NCBI RefSeq assembly: GCF_000007145.1
Contig: NC_003902.1
Location: 60,001-92,000 of the forward strand
Length of the DNA stretch: 32,000 bases
Reading direction: 5' to 3'
DNA from: Xanthomonas campestris pv. campestris str. ATCC 33913
GTDB lineage: Bacteria > Pseudomonadota > Gammaproteobacteria > Xanthomonadales > Xanthomonadaceae
Part shown: positions 16,469 through 24,234 of the stretch, piece by piece
Layout: the number at the start of each line of letters is the position of its first letter
Position numbering within the stretch: the stretch's first letter is position 1
Translations under genes and position numbers: made by a program
The notes under the pieces: model-generated
Seen by the model: the letters and a program-made list of their open reading frames with translations, nothing else
Database searches by the model: none
Told to the model about the DNA's origin: nothing

Positions 16469-16819
16469 ATGGGAAAGCCGCACACCCCGGACACCGCCGC
16501 GTGCGATGTCGAAGCCCTGCTCAACCTCATCGAAGGCCGCTGGAAACTGCTGCTGCTGTTCCACCTGTTCGACGGCAAGGTGCAGCGCTACTCGGACCTG
16601 GAACGGCTGATTCCCGCCATCTCGCAGAAGATGCTGGCCCAACAGTTGCGCCAGCTTGAACGCGACGGCCTGGTATTACGCACCGTCTACGCGCAGGTAC
16701 CGCCGCAGGTGGACTACCGCCTCACGCCCTGGGGCCAGGCCCTGTGCCCCGCACTGGATGCCATGCTCACTTGGGGCCAGGCGCGGCAGCTGTTGCACGA
16801 ACCCTCGCCGCAGTCATGA
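16469..16819 (+). CDS. HxlR family transcriptional regulator
   Basis: CDVEALLNLIEGRWKLLLLFHLFDGKVQRYSDLERLIPAISQKMLAQQLRQLERDGLVLRTVYAQVPPQVDYRLTPWG is a canonical HxlR wHTH. Divergent from the SnoaL-like/reductase unit. Confidence 0.9.
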   Translation: MGKPHTPDTAACDVEALLNLIEGRWKLLLLFHLFDGKVQRYSDLERLIPAISQKMLAQQLRQLERDGLVLRTVYAQVPPQVDYRLTPWGQALCPALDAMLTWGQARQLLHEPSPQS

Positions 16820-17333
16820 CTCGGCACGCCGCTGTGGCACGCCGGCCTTAAAACATCAGGCACGTAGCGCGACGCATGTCGCCAGATAACTGGCACAAAT
16901 AGCGCTTCGGTGGTCTTGGAGTATCTGCCGTATCGCGCGCTGCAACCAGCCTTGTGCGGCCAACATGATCGGCCTAGTTTCACCTCGCCACCACGGGGTG
17001 GCGAGGAGGTCACATACATGGCGACCAACGAGGACCACGTTTCGTTTGCCCGAGGCTGTTTGTACGGCAAGCCGCTGGACACCCGAGCCATGCTGGAGAG
17101 TTCTACTATGAATGATTGGCGGCCGTTCGAGTGTTCGTTGAGCGTCCGCTGCCAAGGATATGCCTTAGCAATAACCGGCCTAAGCTATTGCCGATGGCGT
17201 CATCGGTGTGATCCCGCATGAAGATGTCGCCTTGGACTGGCATGGTGCAAACATGGAAATCCAGCAAGTAGGCATCAGTGTCGTGCGTGAGGTATGGCCT
17301 GCTCGAGAGAATGGCTTAAGTGGGTCCGTATGC

Positions 17334-17361
17334 TTTGCTTTGTAGCTTGTTTGGCTATACT
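17334..17361 (+). promoter_or_regulatory. Candidate sigma70-type promoter of the ParA-like/HEPN cassette
   Basis: TTTGCT-N16-TATACT, ending 30 nt upstream of the GTG at 17392. No clear SD, so the leader is probably short. Confidence 0.3.
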
Positions 17362-17391
17362 CAGCAATCATCATCCCGCGTGGTAGCCAAA

Positions 17392-18435
17392 GTGGCCAAA
17401 TTAATTTGCTTATTTAATCATAAGGGTGGGGTGAGTAAGACCACTACGGCATTCAATCTGGGTTGGATGCTCTCATTAAAGGGTAAAAGAGTCATTTTAG
17501 CCGATTTTGATCCCCAATGTAATTTAACTGGAATGGTTGCAGGATTCCGTAAGTTGGATGATCTTGCTGGGCTTTACTCAGCCGCATGGCCAAATAACGT
17601 GCGCGACGCATTGTCCCCTGCATTCGAATCGCAACCTCGCAGAGTGGAAGGCGCGACTTGCTTTACTGTAAATGATCAAGTGCCTAACTTAATGTTGCTG
17701 GCTGGTCACATTGGCCTTGCGGAATATGAGACTACCCTTGGTGTCGCACAAGAATTAAGTGGCTCGCTGTTGCCTCTTCGAAATTTGCCGGGATCTCTTC
17801 GCTTCATGTTGGATGCCACTGCGGAAAAATACAACGCGGATTATGTTCTCATTGATATGAGTCCCAGTGTGGGCGCGCTTAATCAAAATCTTCTGACCAC
17901 TTGTGATTATTTCATTGTTCCATTGCAGCCTGACTACTTTTCTTCTATGGCGCTGAATTCTTTGTCAAATGTATTGCCTAGGTGGCAACGGTGGGCGAAA
18001 ACTGCCGCAGGCATCGAAACTTTGCTGACAGCCGACTATCCGTTTCCTTCTCCTCACGCTAAATTTATCGGTGCAATAGTCCAGAAATATAGGCCGCGGT
18101 TGGGCAAGGCCTCATCTGCTTTCCAGAGTTGGATTGATCGACTGAAGGTTGCGTTGGAAAAAGAACTGGTCCCTGCTTTAGCAAGCGTCGGAATGCTCGA
18201 TATAGCTCAGTACCAAGCGCGGGCAGGCTCGCCGCCTTGGCAGCCTATTATGGAAGTTGCTGACTTCAACAGTCTGATCGCTTTATCACAAGATCATCAA
18301 GTTCCGGTTTATGCTTTGACTGCCGAGCAGGTTGATCAGCAGGGGGCAGTCTGGACGCAAACCCAGAAGAATATGGGTGTTTTTGGCAAAGCGTTCGAGG
18401 AGTGTGCTGAGAAAGTCATCGCTCTTGCAATATGA
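17392..18435 (+). CDS. ParA/Soj/MinD-superfamily ATPase with a long C-terminal extension
   Basis: Deviant Walker A NHKGGVSKTT, A' motif ILADFDPQCN, Walker B YVLIDMSPS. Start set at GTG 17392, giving (M)AKLICLFNHKGG, the usual ParA N-terminus. The ORF-track start at 17320 and a GTG at 17380 are alternatives. At ~347 aa it is ~100 aa longer than typical ParA. Confidence 0.85.
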   Translation: MAKLICLFNHKGGVSKTTTAFNLGWMLSLKGKRVILADFDPQCNLTGMVAGFRKLDDLAGLYSAAWPNNVRDALSPAFESQPRRVEGATCFTVNDQVPNLMLLAGHIGLAEYETTLGVAQELSGSLLPLRNLPGSLRFMLDATAEKYNADYVLIDMSPSVGALNQNLLTTCDYFIVPLQPDYFSSMALNSLSNVLPRWQRWAKTAAGIETLLTADYPFPSPHAKFIGAIVQKYRPRLGKASSAFQSWIDRLKVALEKELVPALASVGMLDIAQYQARAGSPPWQPIMEVADFNSLIALSQDHQVPVYALTAEQVDQQGAVWTQTQKNMGVFGKAFEECAEKVIALAI

Positions 18436-19403
18436 CTCCCCTTCAGCTCTTCAACGAGGTATGGGTTCGCGCAGACCAACTGCGGCTTATGCACTCCTAT
18501 ATTGTAGGCGCAGATCTGGACTCAGTGTATCCAGACGAGGCACTGAGAGCTGAGTGGGTGATGCGCGTCAGTGCCCTCGATCTTTACATACACGAATTGA
18601 TATCAAATCGTTTAGTAAGGATTTTTCAGGGAGGTCTTCATTCGCCTAAAGGATTTAGTAATCTCCGGCTAAAAGCAGAAACTGCGATTCGGTTGGCCAC
18701 AGCGTCTCCTATGGACAGAGATGGGGGATTCGATCTGGATGTAAGAACGCAGCTTGCCTACTCCACATTCCAGATGCCTGATAAAATTGCTGATGGTATT
18801 CGACTTACTAGTGAAATCGAATTATGGGGTTCGTTAGCAAAGTATTTGTATCCGAACGAGCATCCCTCTAACTATAAAAATTTGACTAAGGGCCTTAAGG
18901 ATGATTTGACAGCCATAATCGAACGTCGAAACAAGATTGCTCATGAAGGCGATCTTCAACCAAGTATGCCCAGAGAAGTTTGGTTCATCGATGTAGCGCA
19001 ATTGGAGACCGTTACTTGCTTCTTATATAAACTCGTAAATGCTATAGAGGTAGTGGTCGGGGATTACGATCGCGCGCAAAGCGCAGCGCAATCTCTTGCC
19101 ACATGTGTGGAGGGGCTGCAAGCAGTGCCTACTTCGCCCGCCATTGCTATTCAGATACCTGAAATTCCAGCTACCAATATTGCCATTACTCCCCCCGTGG
19201 CTCAGGAATTTCATGCGGATGGAGTTTTGTGTGCATCCGAAACCTCAGAAGCCAATAGTCTACATATGCCAACACTAAGGCTTGCCGCGGACGATCTGAA
19301 TTTACATTCAAACTTTCGAGGGGGAGAGATCCCAACTACAGAAGTTCATTCCTCTAGCGATCCAATTGCAATACCTGAGGGACGATCCGAAACATCTGAC
19401 TAG
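18432..19403 (+). CDS. HEPN-superfamily (Rx4H) protein with a disordered C-terminal tail
   Basis: The ATG overlaps the ParA-like stop (ATGA at 18432-18435). Predicted helical N-terminal ~210 aa carries TAIIERRNKIAHEGD (R-x4-H). The last ~110 aa are Pro/Ser/Thr/Ala/Ile-rich. Confidence 0.65.
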   Translation: MTPLQLFNEVWVRADQLRLMHSYIVGADLDSVYPDEALRAEWVMRVSALDLYIHELISNRLVRIFQGGLHSPKGFSNLRLKAETAIRLATASPMDRDGGFDLDVRTQLAYSTFQMPDKIADGIRLTSEIELWGSLAKYLYPNEHPSNYKNLTKGLKDDLTAIIERRNKIAHEGDLQPSMPREVWFIDVAQLETVTCFLYKLVNAIEVVVGDYDRAQSAAQSLATCVEGLQAVPTSPAIAIQIPEIPATNIAITPPVAQEFHADGVLCASETSEANSLHMPTLRLAADDLNLHSNFRGGEIPTTEVHSSSDPIAIPEGRSETSD

Positions 19404-19424
19404 AATTAGATTGATACAGATATG

Positions 19425-19785
19425 GAAGCTAATGGGGTCAGGTTTAATTATCTGGCTCCATCGTCCTCATGGATGCAGCGACGATGTCTAGGCGGCCCAA
19501 CCTCTCCAAGCCGACACCGCTGCCACCCACCCGCAGCAGCAGACACCTGCTCCCATCCATTGCGCAGCCCCTTCATCGCTTGCTCGCCCACACGGGCGTA
19601 ACCCAGCTGTTTGGCTTCAGCGGTGCCCAGGCCAGGTAGCGCGACGATGGAATCTGACGGCGCGGGGCGCCCTTGGCGCTTTGCTTCGCTGCGCAGGGTC
19701 ATGTTCTCGCTGCCCTAGCAGTAACGCACCAATCCCGGATGTTGGTGCGCGCGCTACTGCTCCTAGCTGAAGGGCGTGGTTTCCC
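19425..19785. repeat. ~360-bp direct repeat, copy 1 (3' part and 3' flank of the small periplasmic-protein gene)
   Basis: Aligns by eye with 20691..21050 at high identity (starts GAAGCTAATGGGGTCAGG; long shared runs such as GACACCGCTGCCACCCACCCGCAGCAGCAGACACCTGCTCCCA). Ends are approximate. Confidence 0.8.
19448..19785 (-). pseudogene. Degraded paralogue of the 20768..21214 gene
   Basis: Translation parallels the intact copy (MTLRSEAKRQGRPAPSDSIVALPGLGTAEAKQLGYA...). There are three in-frame TAG codons where the intact copy has Cys, Tyr and Gln (TPFS*EQ*RAHQHPGLVRYC*G). The 5' part including the signal peptide is missing, and the normal stop is lost. Confidence 0.65.
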
Positions 19786-19829
19786 GAAGCACTGAGTTTG
19801 CTGAGCCGCCCGCTGCCGAGATGTAACCC

Positions 19830-20669
19830 TCAGAGCGAGCGGGCCTGCCCCAATTGCTGCTGCACAACATCCTGTTGCTGGCTTCTCTGTATTTCCTCAG
19901 CTTTCGCCTGCTGCAGTGCCTCCACCTGCGTTAGACGTTGCTCCGCCGGAACAGACAGGGCTTCCTGCGTCGGCATGTGCGCCCTATTCGCAGCTGGATC
20001 AGGGGAAGCATTGCTCGCGCGCCACATATGCAACACTTCGCCGCTGCCCAGATTTGGAGTAGGTGTGTTGAATGCAAACTTCAAGTCGTCTTTCGCAGTG
20101 AAGCCTTTCTCAGCTGCCATCAGCATCAAGCTGGCACTGAGCCGCTCACTATTGTCATCCCAGGGCTTTCGGGCCTGGCGGTCTAGCTCACTGACGCCTT
20201 GGCGTACTTTTTCAAGCAAGGCACTGTCGATGGACGGATGTTGACTGCGGCCGCTTCTTTCATCGTTTGGAGCAGCAAGATCAAGCGCCGGGCTGACATG
20301 TTGGTGCGTACCCTGCGTATGCTGGAATAGCCCACGTGTGGGTGGGTTCGTGCTCGTATCCCAGTATGGCTGAGGGTTAGCCGCGCCGGTTTGGGAAAGA
20401 TCAATCCCGTTATGTTCCAGCAACGGTTCCTTGAAGCGGAGGCGCTGCATATCAAGATGCATCTGGGGTGCAATGCCGCCCACCGGATGAGCGTGCGTCC
20501 TCTCGATATAGATGGCCCGACTGACTGCCCCTGCACCATAGTAGTTTGGGTAATCCGAGTCGCCATGAAATCCGATGCCGGTGGTCTGAGCTGTGGGTAG
20601 GCCTGGAGTTCCTCGCGGTTGTTTGTTGAAATAGTAAGCCTCTTGGGCGGCAACATTCTGCGGCGTCAT
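19830..20669 (-). CDS. XVIPCD-like protein lacking a recognisable toxin domain (N-terminally truncated X-Tfe paralogue)
   Basis: Shares with 21392..22840 the middle module (G..SDSDY.NYYG.G, LE.NG.DL) and a C-terminal domain (SERLSASLMLMAAEKGF... then a Gln-rich tail QQAKAEEIQRSQQQDVVQQQ). A TGA lies 14 codons upstream of the ATG, so no longer N-terminus is available. Confidence 0.6.
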   Translation of the reverse strand: MTPQNVAAQEAYYFNKQPRGTPGLPTAQTTGIGFHGDSDYPNYYGAGAVSRAIYIERTHAHPVGGIAPQMHLDMQRLRFKEPLLEHNGIDLSQTGAANPQPYWDTSTNPPTRGLFQHTQGTHQHVSPALDLAAPNDERSGRSQHPSIDSALLEKVRQGVSELDRQARKPWDDNSERLSASLMLMAAEKGFTAKDDLKFAFNTPTPNLGSGEVLHMWRASNASPDPAANRAHMPTQEALSVPAEQRLTQVEALQQAKAEEIQRSQQQDVVQQQLGQARSL

Positions 20670-20690
20670 CGGCAGCGATCCGTCGGCATT

Positions 20691-21050
20691 GAAGCTAATG
20701 GGGTCAGGCTGACTTATCTGGCTTCAATCTTCCCGTGGATGAGGCGACGATGTCTAGGCCATCTGACCTATCTATCTTGACACCGCTGCCACCCACCCGC
20801 AGCAGCAGACACCTGCTCCCACCCATTGTGCAGCCGCTTCATCGCTTGCCCGCCCACACACGCGTAACCCAGTTGTTTGGCTTCGGCGGTGCCTAGGCCA
20901 GGTAGCGCGATGATGGAATCTGACGGCGCGGGGCGCCCTTGGCGTTGTGCTTCGTTGCGCAGGGTCATGTTTTCGATGCCCTGGCAGTAACGCACCATGC
21001 CCGGATGCGGGTGCGTGCGGTATTGCTCGCAATTGAACGGCGTGGTGTCA
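20691..21050. repeat. ~360-bp direct repeat, copy 2
   Basis: See 19425..19785. The offset between the two copies is 1266 bp. Confidence 0.8.
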
Positions 21051-21214
21051 CGCGCCATGGAGTTGTGCGGCTGCCGCACCGGCGGGATGTACAAGTGCGT
21101 GGCCTTACCCGTGGCCGAGCGCATGCTTTGTGCTGCTGCGCCGTATGCGCACGCAAGCAGGCACAGCGCGGCCAATGTCAGCGCGCCGCGGCGCGCTGTG
21201 GTGATCCTGTCCAT
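20768..21214 (-). CDS. Small Cys-containing exported protein (signal peptide, possibly a lipoprotein)
   Basis: 148 aa. Signal MDRITTARRGALTLAALCLLACAYGAAAQS. Lies immediately downstream of the effector-like gene, and a degraded paralogue sits downstream of the truncated effector paralogue. Confidence 0.6.
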   Translation of the reverse strand: MDRITTARRGALTLAALCLLACAYGAAAQSMRSATGKATHLYIPPVRQPHNSMARDTTPFNCEQYRTHPHPGMVRYCQGIENMTLRNEAQRQGRPAPSDSIIALPGLGTAEAKQLGYACVGGQAMKRLHNGWEQVSAAAGGWQRCQDR

Positions 21215-21391
21215 GGTGTTCCCCCTGTACGCACGGATCCTAGCCCACGTGTCACGCGCGCGGGTGGTTCAGCCCGCTTGAAGGGTCGTGCGTACCGAGG
21301 TGCTCACCTCGCTCAGATGCGGTGGATCGCTGTAGATCACCTTGAGCACAGGGCGCACTGAGTTAAGTAACACGCTGACGCGCCCCTCGGT

Positions 21392-22840
21392 CTAAAGCGA
21401 GTGCAGCTGTCCACGCTGCTGCTGTTCCTGCGACCGCTGCTGATCCAACACCTGCTCTTGCACGCGTTCCTGCGCCAGCCGTTGGTTCACCGTCTCAAGC
21501 TGCGTAAAGCTTTCCTGCACGGGTCGTTGTGCAGCCTCCGCTGTCGGCATGTGTGTGCGTAGCTTTGCGGGATCTTGCGGGCCACCCTGCACCACGAATA
21601 CGTTCTGTGCGGCGGTCAGTTCTCTTGTCTTGTCACTGAGCAGCACATGGTCCACACGGGTCAAGCCATTGTCCTTGGCCAACGTCAGGAGACTTGCGGT
21701 CATACGCTCACTGGTCGCATCGAACGTGCGGCCGCTGGCCGCATCCAGCTGCTCCACCTTGCCGCGAATCTGCTGATGCATTGCGTGGTCCGGGTGGCCT
21801 GCATCTGCAGGCGTTAATAGCTGGCTTGATGGGGCAGGTGTTGCCATGGCTTGCGGGTTGATGTCACGCGCGCCCGTGTTCTTCAGCTGGACCATCCCGT
21901 AGCCGTCTTTGCCGAGGTCTACGATGTTGAACGTTTTTGCAGAACCCAGGTCCAGCCCATTGCGCTCCAGTTGCTCTGGCTCCAGCCCCAACGACTTGAG
22001 GTCGATGCGCACCTCCGGAGGCTGGCGATCATGGGCTAGATGATCGTAGTTTCTCGCAATATGGCTGATCGGGCCGACGCCGTAATAGTTGCGGTAGTCG
22101 GAGTCACTGTGCGGCCCAAGCGTGCCTCTGCTGTCGTAGAAGCACTGCTCTACAGCACGCGTCAGCGGCTTTCCACGCGCTTGGTCGTGTGTGGTCAGCG
22201 CCTCATAGCTAAGGCCCCGGGCAAACGCTGGGGGTGTCACATGCTTGTCAACGCAGCGGGTGACAGAGCGGTCCAACAGCATGCCTTCGGCATCCTCTGC
22301 AGATACGCCAGGGTTTTCATGCTTGATACGGCTGTTGAGTGCACGCAAGGCCGAGATCTCTGCTAATGCTTCGTCCTGCCGTGTCTTGTCCAGATATGCA
22401 CGGGTCGGCTCTGTCAGATCTACCTGACTTTCGCGCTGAGAGTGCGCGTCCTGCATCTTCTCGCCCATGGTCCTGCCGAACTCCGCCAACGCATTGGCTC
22501 GATGTTCTGCCAAAACACCATGCATCGTCTCGTGGCCCAGTACTTCTGTCAGGTGATCGATGCGTGCGCGGCCCTGCCAATCCTGAAAGAGCGACCCACT
22601 GATGTTGAGCGTGCCTGCCTTTCCATCCTTGCCATCCTGAAAGTGACCAGCATTGTTTTGGTCATGGGAGACAGCGATAGCACCAATCTGCCCTTTCTCG
22701 ATGGCGTTCCCCAATAGGTTGGACAGATATGGCGATTCGGAGATGGCCTGCCGGATGGAAGCTTCAGCCTCCTTGGGAAGGCTGGGGTCTTTCCTCATCT
22801 GCAAGAGCAGGGGCTCAATTCTTGGATCAACTGGCGTCAC
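21392..22840 (-). CDS. Candidate Xanthomonadales T4SS effector (X-Tfe-like): N-terminal HExxH metallopeptidase-like domain plus C-terminal XVIPCD-like domain
   Basis: HExxH in HLTEVLGHETMHGV. The C-terminal ~120 aa (SERMTASLLTLAKDNGLTRVDHVLLSDKTRELTAAQNVFVVQGGPQDP...MPTAEAAQRPVQES) is followed by a Gln-rich tail (QEQVLDQQRSQEQQQRGQ). This matches my recollection of the VirD4-interacting XVIPCD signal. The GTG overlaps the upstream lipoprotein stop (GTGA). Confidence 0.7.
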   Translation of the reverse strand: MTPVDPRIEPLLLQMRKDPSLPKEAEASIRQAISESPYLSNLLGNAIEKGQIGAIAVSHDQNNAGHFQDGKDGKAGTLNISGSLFQDWQGRARIDHLTEVLGHETMHGVLAEHRANALAEFGRTMGEKMQDAHSQRESQVDLTEPTRAYLDKTRQDEALAEISALRALNSRIKHENPGVSAEDAEGMLLDRSVTRCVDKHVTPPAFARGLSYEALTTHDQARGKPLTRAVEQCFYDSRGTLGPHSDSDYRNYYGVGPISHIARNYDHLAHDRQPPEVRIDLKSLGLEPEQLERNGLDLGSAKTFNIVDLGKDGYGMVQLKNTGARDINPQAMATPAPSSQLLTPADAGHPDHAMHQQIRGKVEQLDAASGRTFDATSERMTASLLTLAKDNGLTRVDHVLLSDKTRELTAAQNVFVVQGGPQDPAKLRTHMPTAEAAQRPVQESFTQLETVNQRLAQERVQEQVLDQQRSQEQQQRGQLHSL

Positions 22841-23502
22841 GCATCACCTCCATCGATCTGTGCGCCATACACGCACTCGCGTTTTGCGCCGCCGTCGTTG
22901 GTTTCGTAAATCATCAAGGCCACCGAGAAACCTTGCGCTCCGTTCTGGACAGGGCGCCAATGCTGCCGAAGCATACCGCCCTGGAATGGGCGCTGCCCGC
23001 CACGCGTGTAGCCCATAGCCTCGAGTTTCTTGGAAAATTCAGCTGCGTTCCACACGCATTGTGCATTTAGCGACAGCGCGGGATCTTGCTGATCGGGTAG
23101 GCCAATTAGCAGGTTGATAAAGGAATAGCCCTTCTTCTGCGGGCTGTGCGAGACATACAGCGTATAGCCGTGCGCGAGCGGAAGGCTTTTTAACACGCGC
23201 CGAGACACCGCCAGATCCTTTGGCGGCTCGAATCGGATGCCCAGGATCTCTTCCACCCGCCTGTAACTCATGTCGCTTGGCTGTTTTAGCGACGCCGCAA
23301 ATCTCAACAGATTGGTCTCAATGTCCTGGATGCTGAGGGATGCGTTCTGACTCAGCCCGGCCGGCTCAGAATCTACGGCAGGTAGCGGCGATGTAGTAGC
23401 GGACAGGGCGCTAGCGTTCTCAGACGGCCGGGCGCACGCGCTCGGCAGCATCGAGATGAGCACCAAGAAAAGAAACAGCGTAAATGAGCGAAAGCGTGTC
23501 AT
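22837..23502 (-). CDS. Lipoprotein, candidate cognate immunity protein (X-Tfi-like)
   Basis: Start set at ATG 23502. Signal MTRFRSFTLFLFLVLISMLPSA-C has a good lipobox. Translationally coupled to the effector-like gene downstream. Confidence 0.6.
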   Translation of the reverse strand: MTRFRSFTLFLFLVLISMLPSACARPSENASALSATTSPLPAVDSEPAGLSQNASLSIQDIETNLLRFAASLKQPSDMSYRRVEEILGIRFEPPKDLAVSRRVLKSLPLAHGYTLYVSHSPQKKGYSFINLLIGLPDQQDPALSLNAQCVWNAAEFSKKLEAMGYTRGGQRPFQGGMLRQHWRPVQNGAQGFSVALMIYETNDGGAKRECVYGAQIDGGDA

Positions 23503-23613
23503 TGATGTCGTATGAGCCAGCGCGGCGCGGTGATACGAGGGAAGGTACTCGCCCTCGCTCCAACCGGCCAGTCCGCCGGCCAGGCAGCTCACGCACGAAC
23601 CAGACACACGCCC

Positions 23614-23835
23614 CTACCGCGCACCACCCAGATCCTCCAGCACATCCTCCACCTGCTCGGCCAGATGCTGCAGGCAGTGCGCCCATTGCTGCAGGGGAAT
23701 GGCGGGCACGCCTATGGCGCTTTCGTTGCGTGTACGTGGGCTGGCCAGGGCGGCCAGCAGGCGCAGTTGGTCGCGCACGCGCAGCAGGTGGTATTGCGTG
23801 CCTTCGGACATCCAGTAACCGGGTTCGTTGTGCAT
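23614..23835 (-). CDS. Small hypothetical protein (73 aa)
   Basis: ATG 23835 is preceded by AAGGAGA (5 nt upstream). No motif recognised. Lies first after the minus-strand terminator at ~24000. Confidence 0.4.
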   Translation of the reverse strand: MHNEPGYWMSEGTQYHLLRVRDQLRLLAALASPRTRNESAIGVPAIPLQQWAHCLQHLAEQVEDVLEDLGGAR

Positions 23836-23996
23836 GCCGCTCTCCTTGCCGTGAGGCAGCTCCCGCTGCACAACGCAGCGGGATGCCGGGAGGCTAGAAA
23901 CCGCACACAGCCGGCGGGCTTATTCCCCTTGCGGGTGTTGTATTCGCCGCCCTCCCGGCGCAGGAACGCCGAGCCATGCCCGATCTTGCGACCGGA

Positions 23997-24029
23997 CACA
24001 AAAAACCCACCAAATTGACGGAGGTGGGT
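23997..24029 (-). terminator. Rho-independent terminator (minus strand)
   Basis: On the minus strand: ACCCACC-tccgtcaattt-GGTGGGT followed by TTTTTGTG. Lies downstream of the XVIPCD remnant. Confidence 0.6.
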
Positions 24030-24234
24030 GCCGCTGTGTGTGGAGTTTCTAGGCTCCGTTCGGGAGTGTGCTGCTAGGGCTTCTCAGGGTCAAGCCAGAT
24101 GCAGCACGCGTGCGATTGGCCAAGGATGGCTTGTGCTCATGTAAGACGGCCTGCATGAAAAAAAAGGCAGAGGACGTACTCTTCCGCCGCAATGCTGGCG
24201 TGGTCGCCATGCATGCACGCCGCGGCTGCAGGAC

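Larger units (their letters stand above)
17100..19450. other. Low-GC segment (probable horizontally acquired cassette)
   Basis: Four 60-nt lines counted by hand inside it (at 17401, 17881, 18241, 18601) give 35-40% G+C, against ~58-70% in flanking genes. Boundaries are approximate. Confidence 0.65.

Noticed and set aside
16983-17221. A 10-bp-stem hairpin (CCTCGCCACC-acgg-GGTGGCGAGG) that sequesters a GAGGAGG Shine-Dalgarno, followed by a 67-aa ORF (ATG 17018). Considered as a type I toxin or a regulated small protein upstream of the ParA/HEPN cassette.
   Set aside because: The peptide is Cys/Trp/Arg-rich, not hydrophobic, and has no recognisable motif. Overlapping ORFs on both strands are equally plausible, and I have no conservation evidence. 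Worth a look only if RNA-seq or Ribo-seq shows expression.
17392-18435. The ParA-like gene as a chromosome or plasmid partition gene, marking an integrated plasmid or prophage.
   Set aside because: No parB, rep, integrase or phage structural genes are nearby, and no centromere-like repeats were seen. The downstream coupled gene is HEPN-like rather than a ParB/RHH-type centromere-binding protein. A degraded mobile element cannot be excluded from sequence alone.
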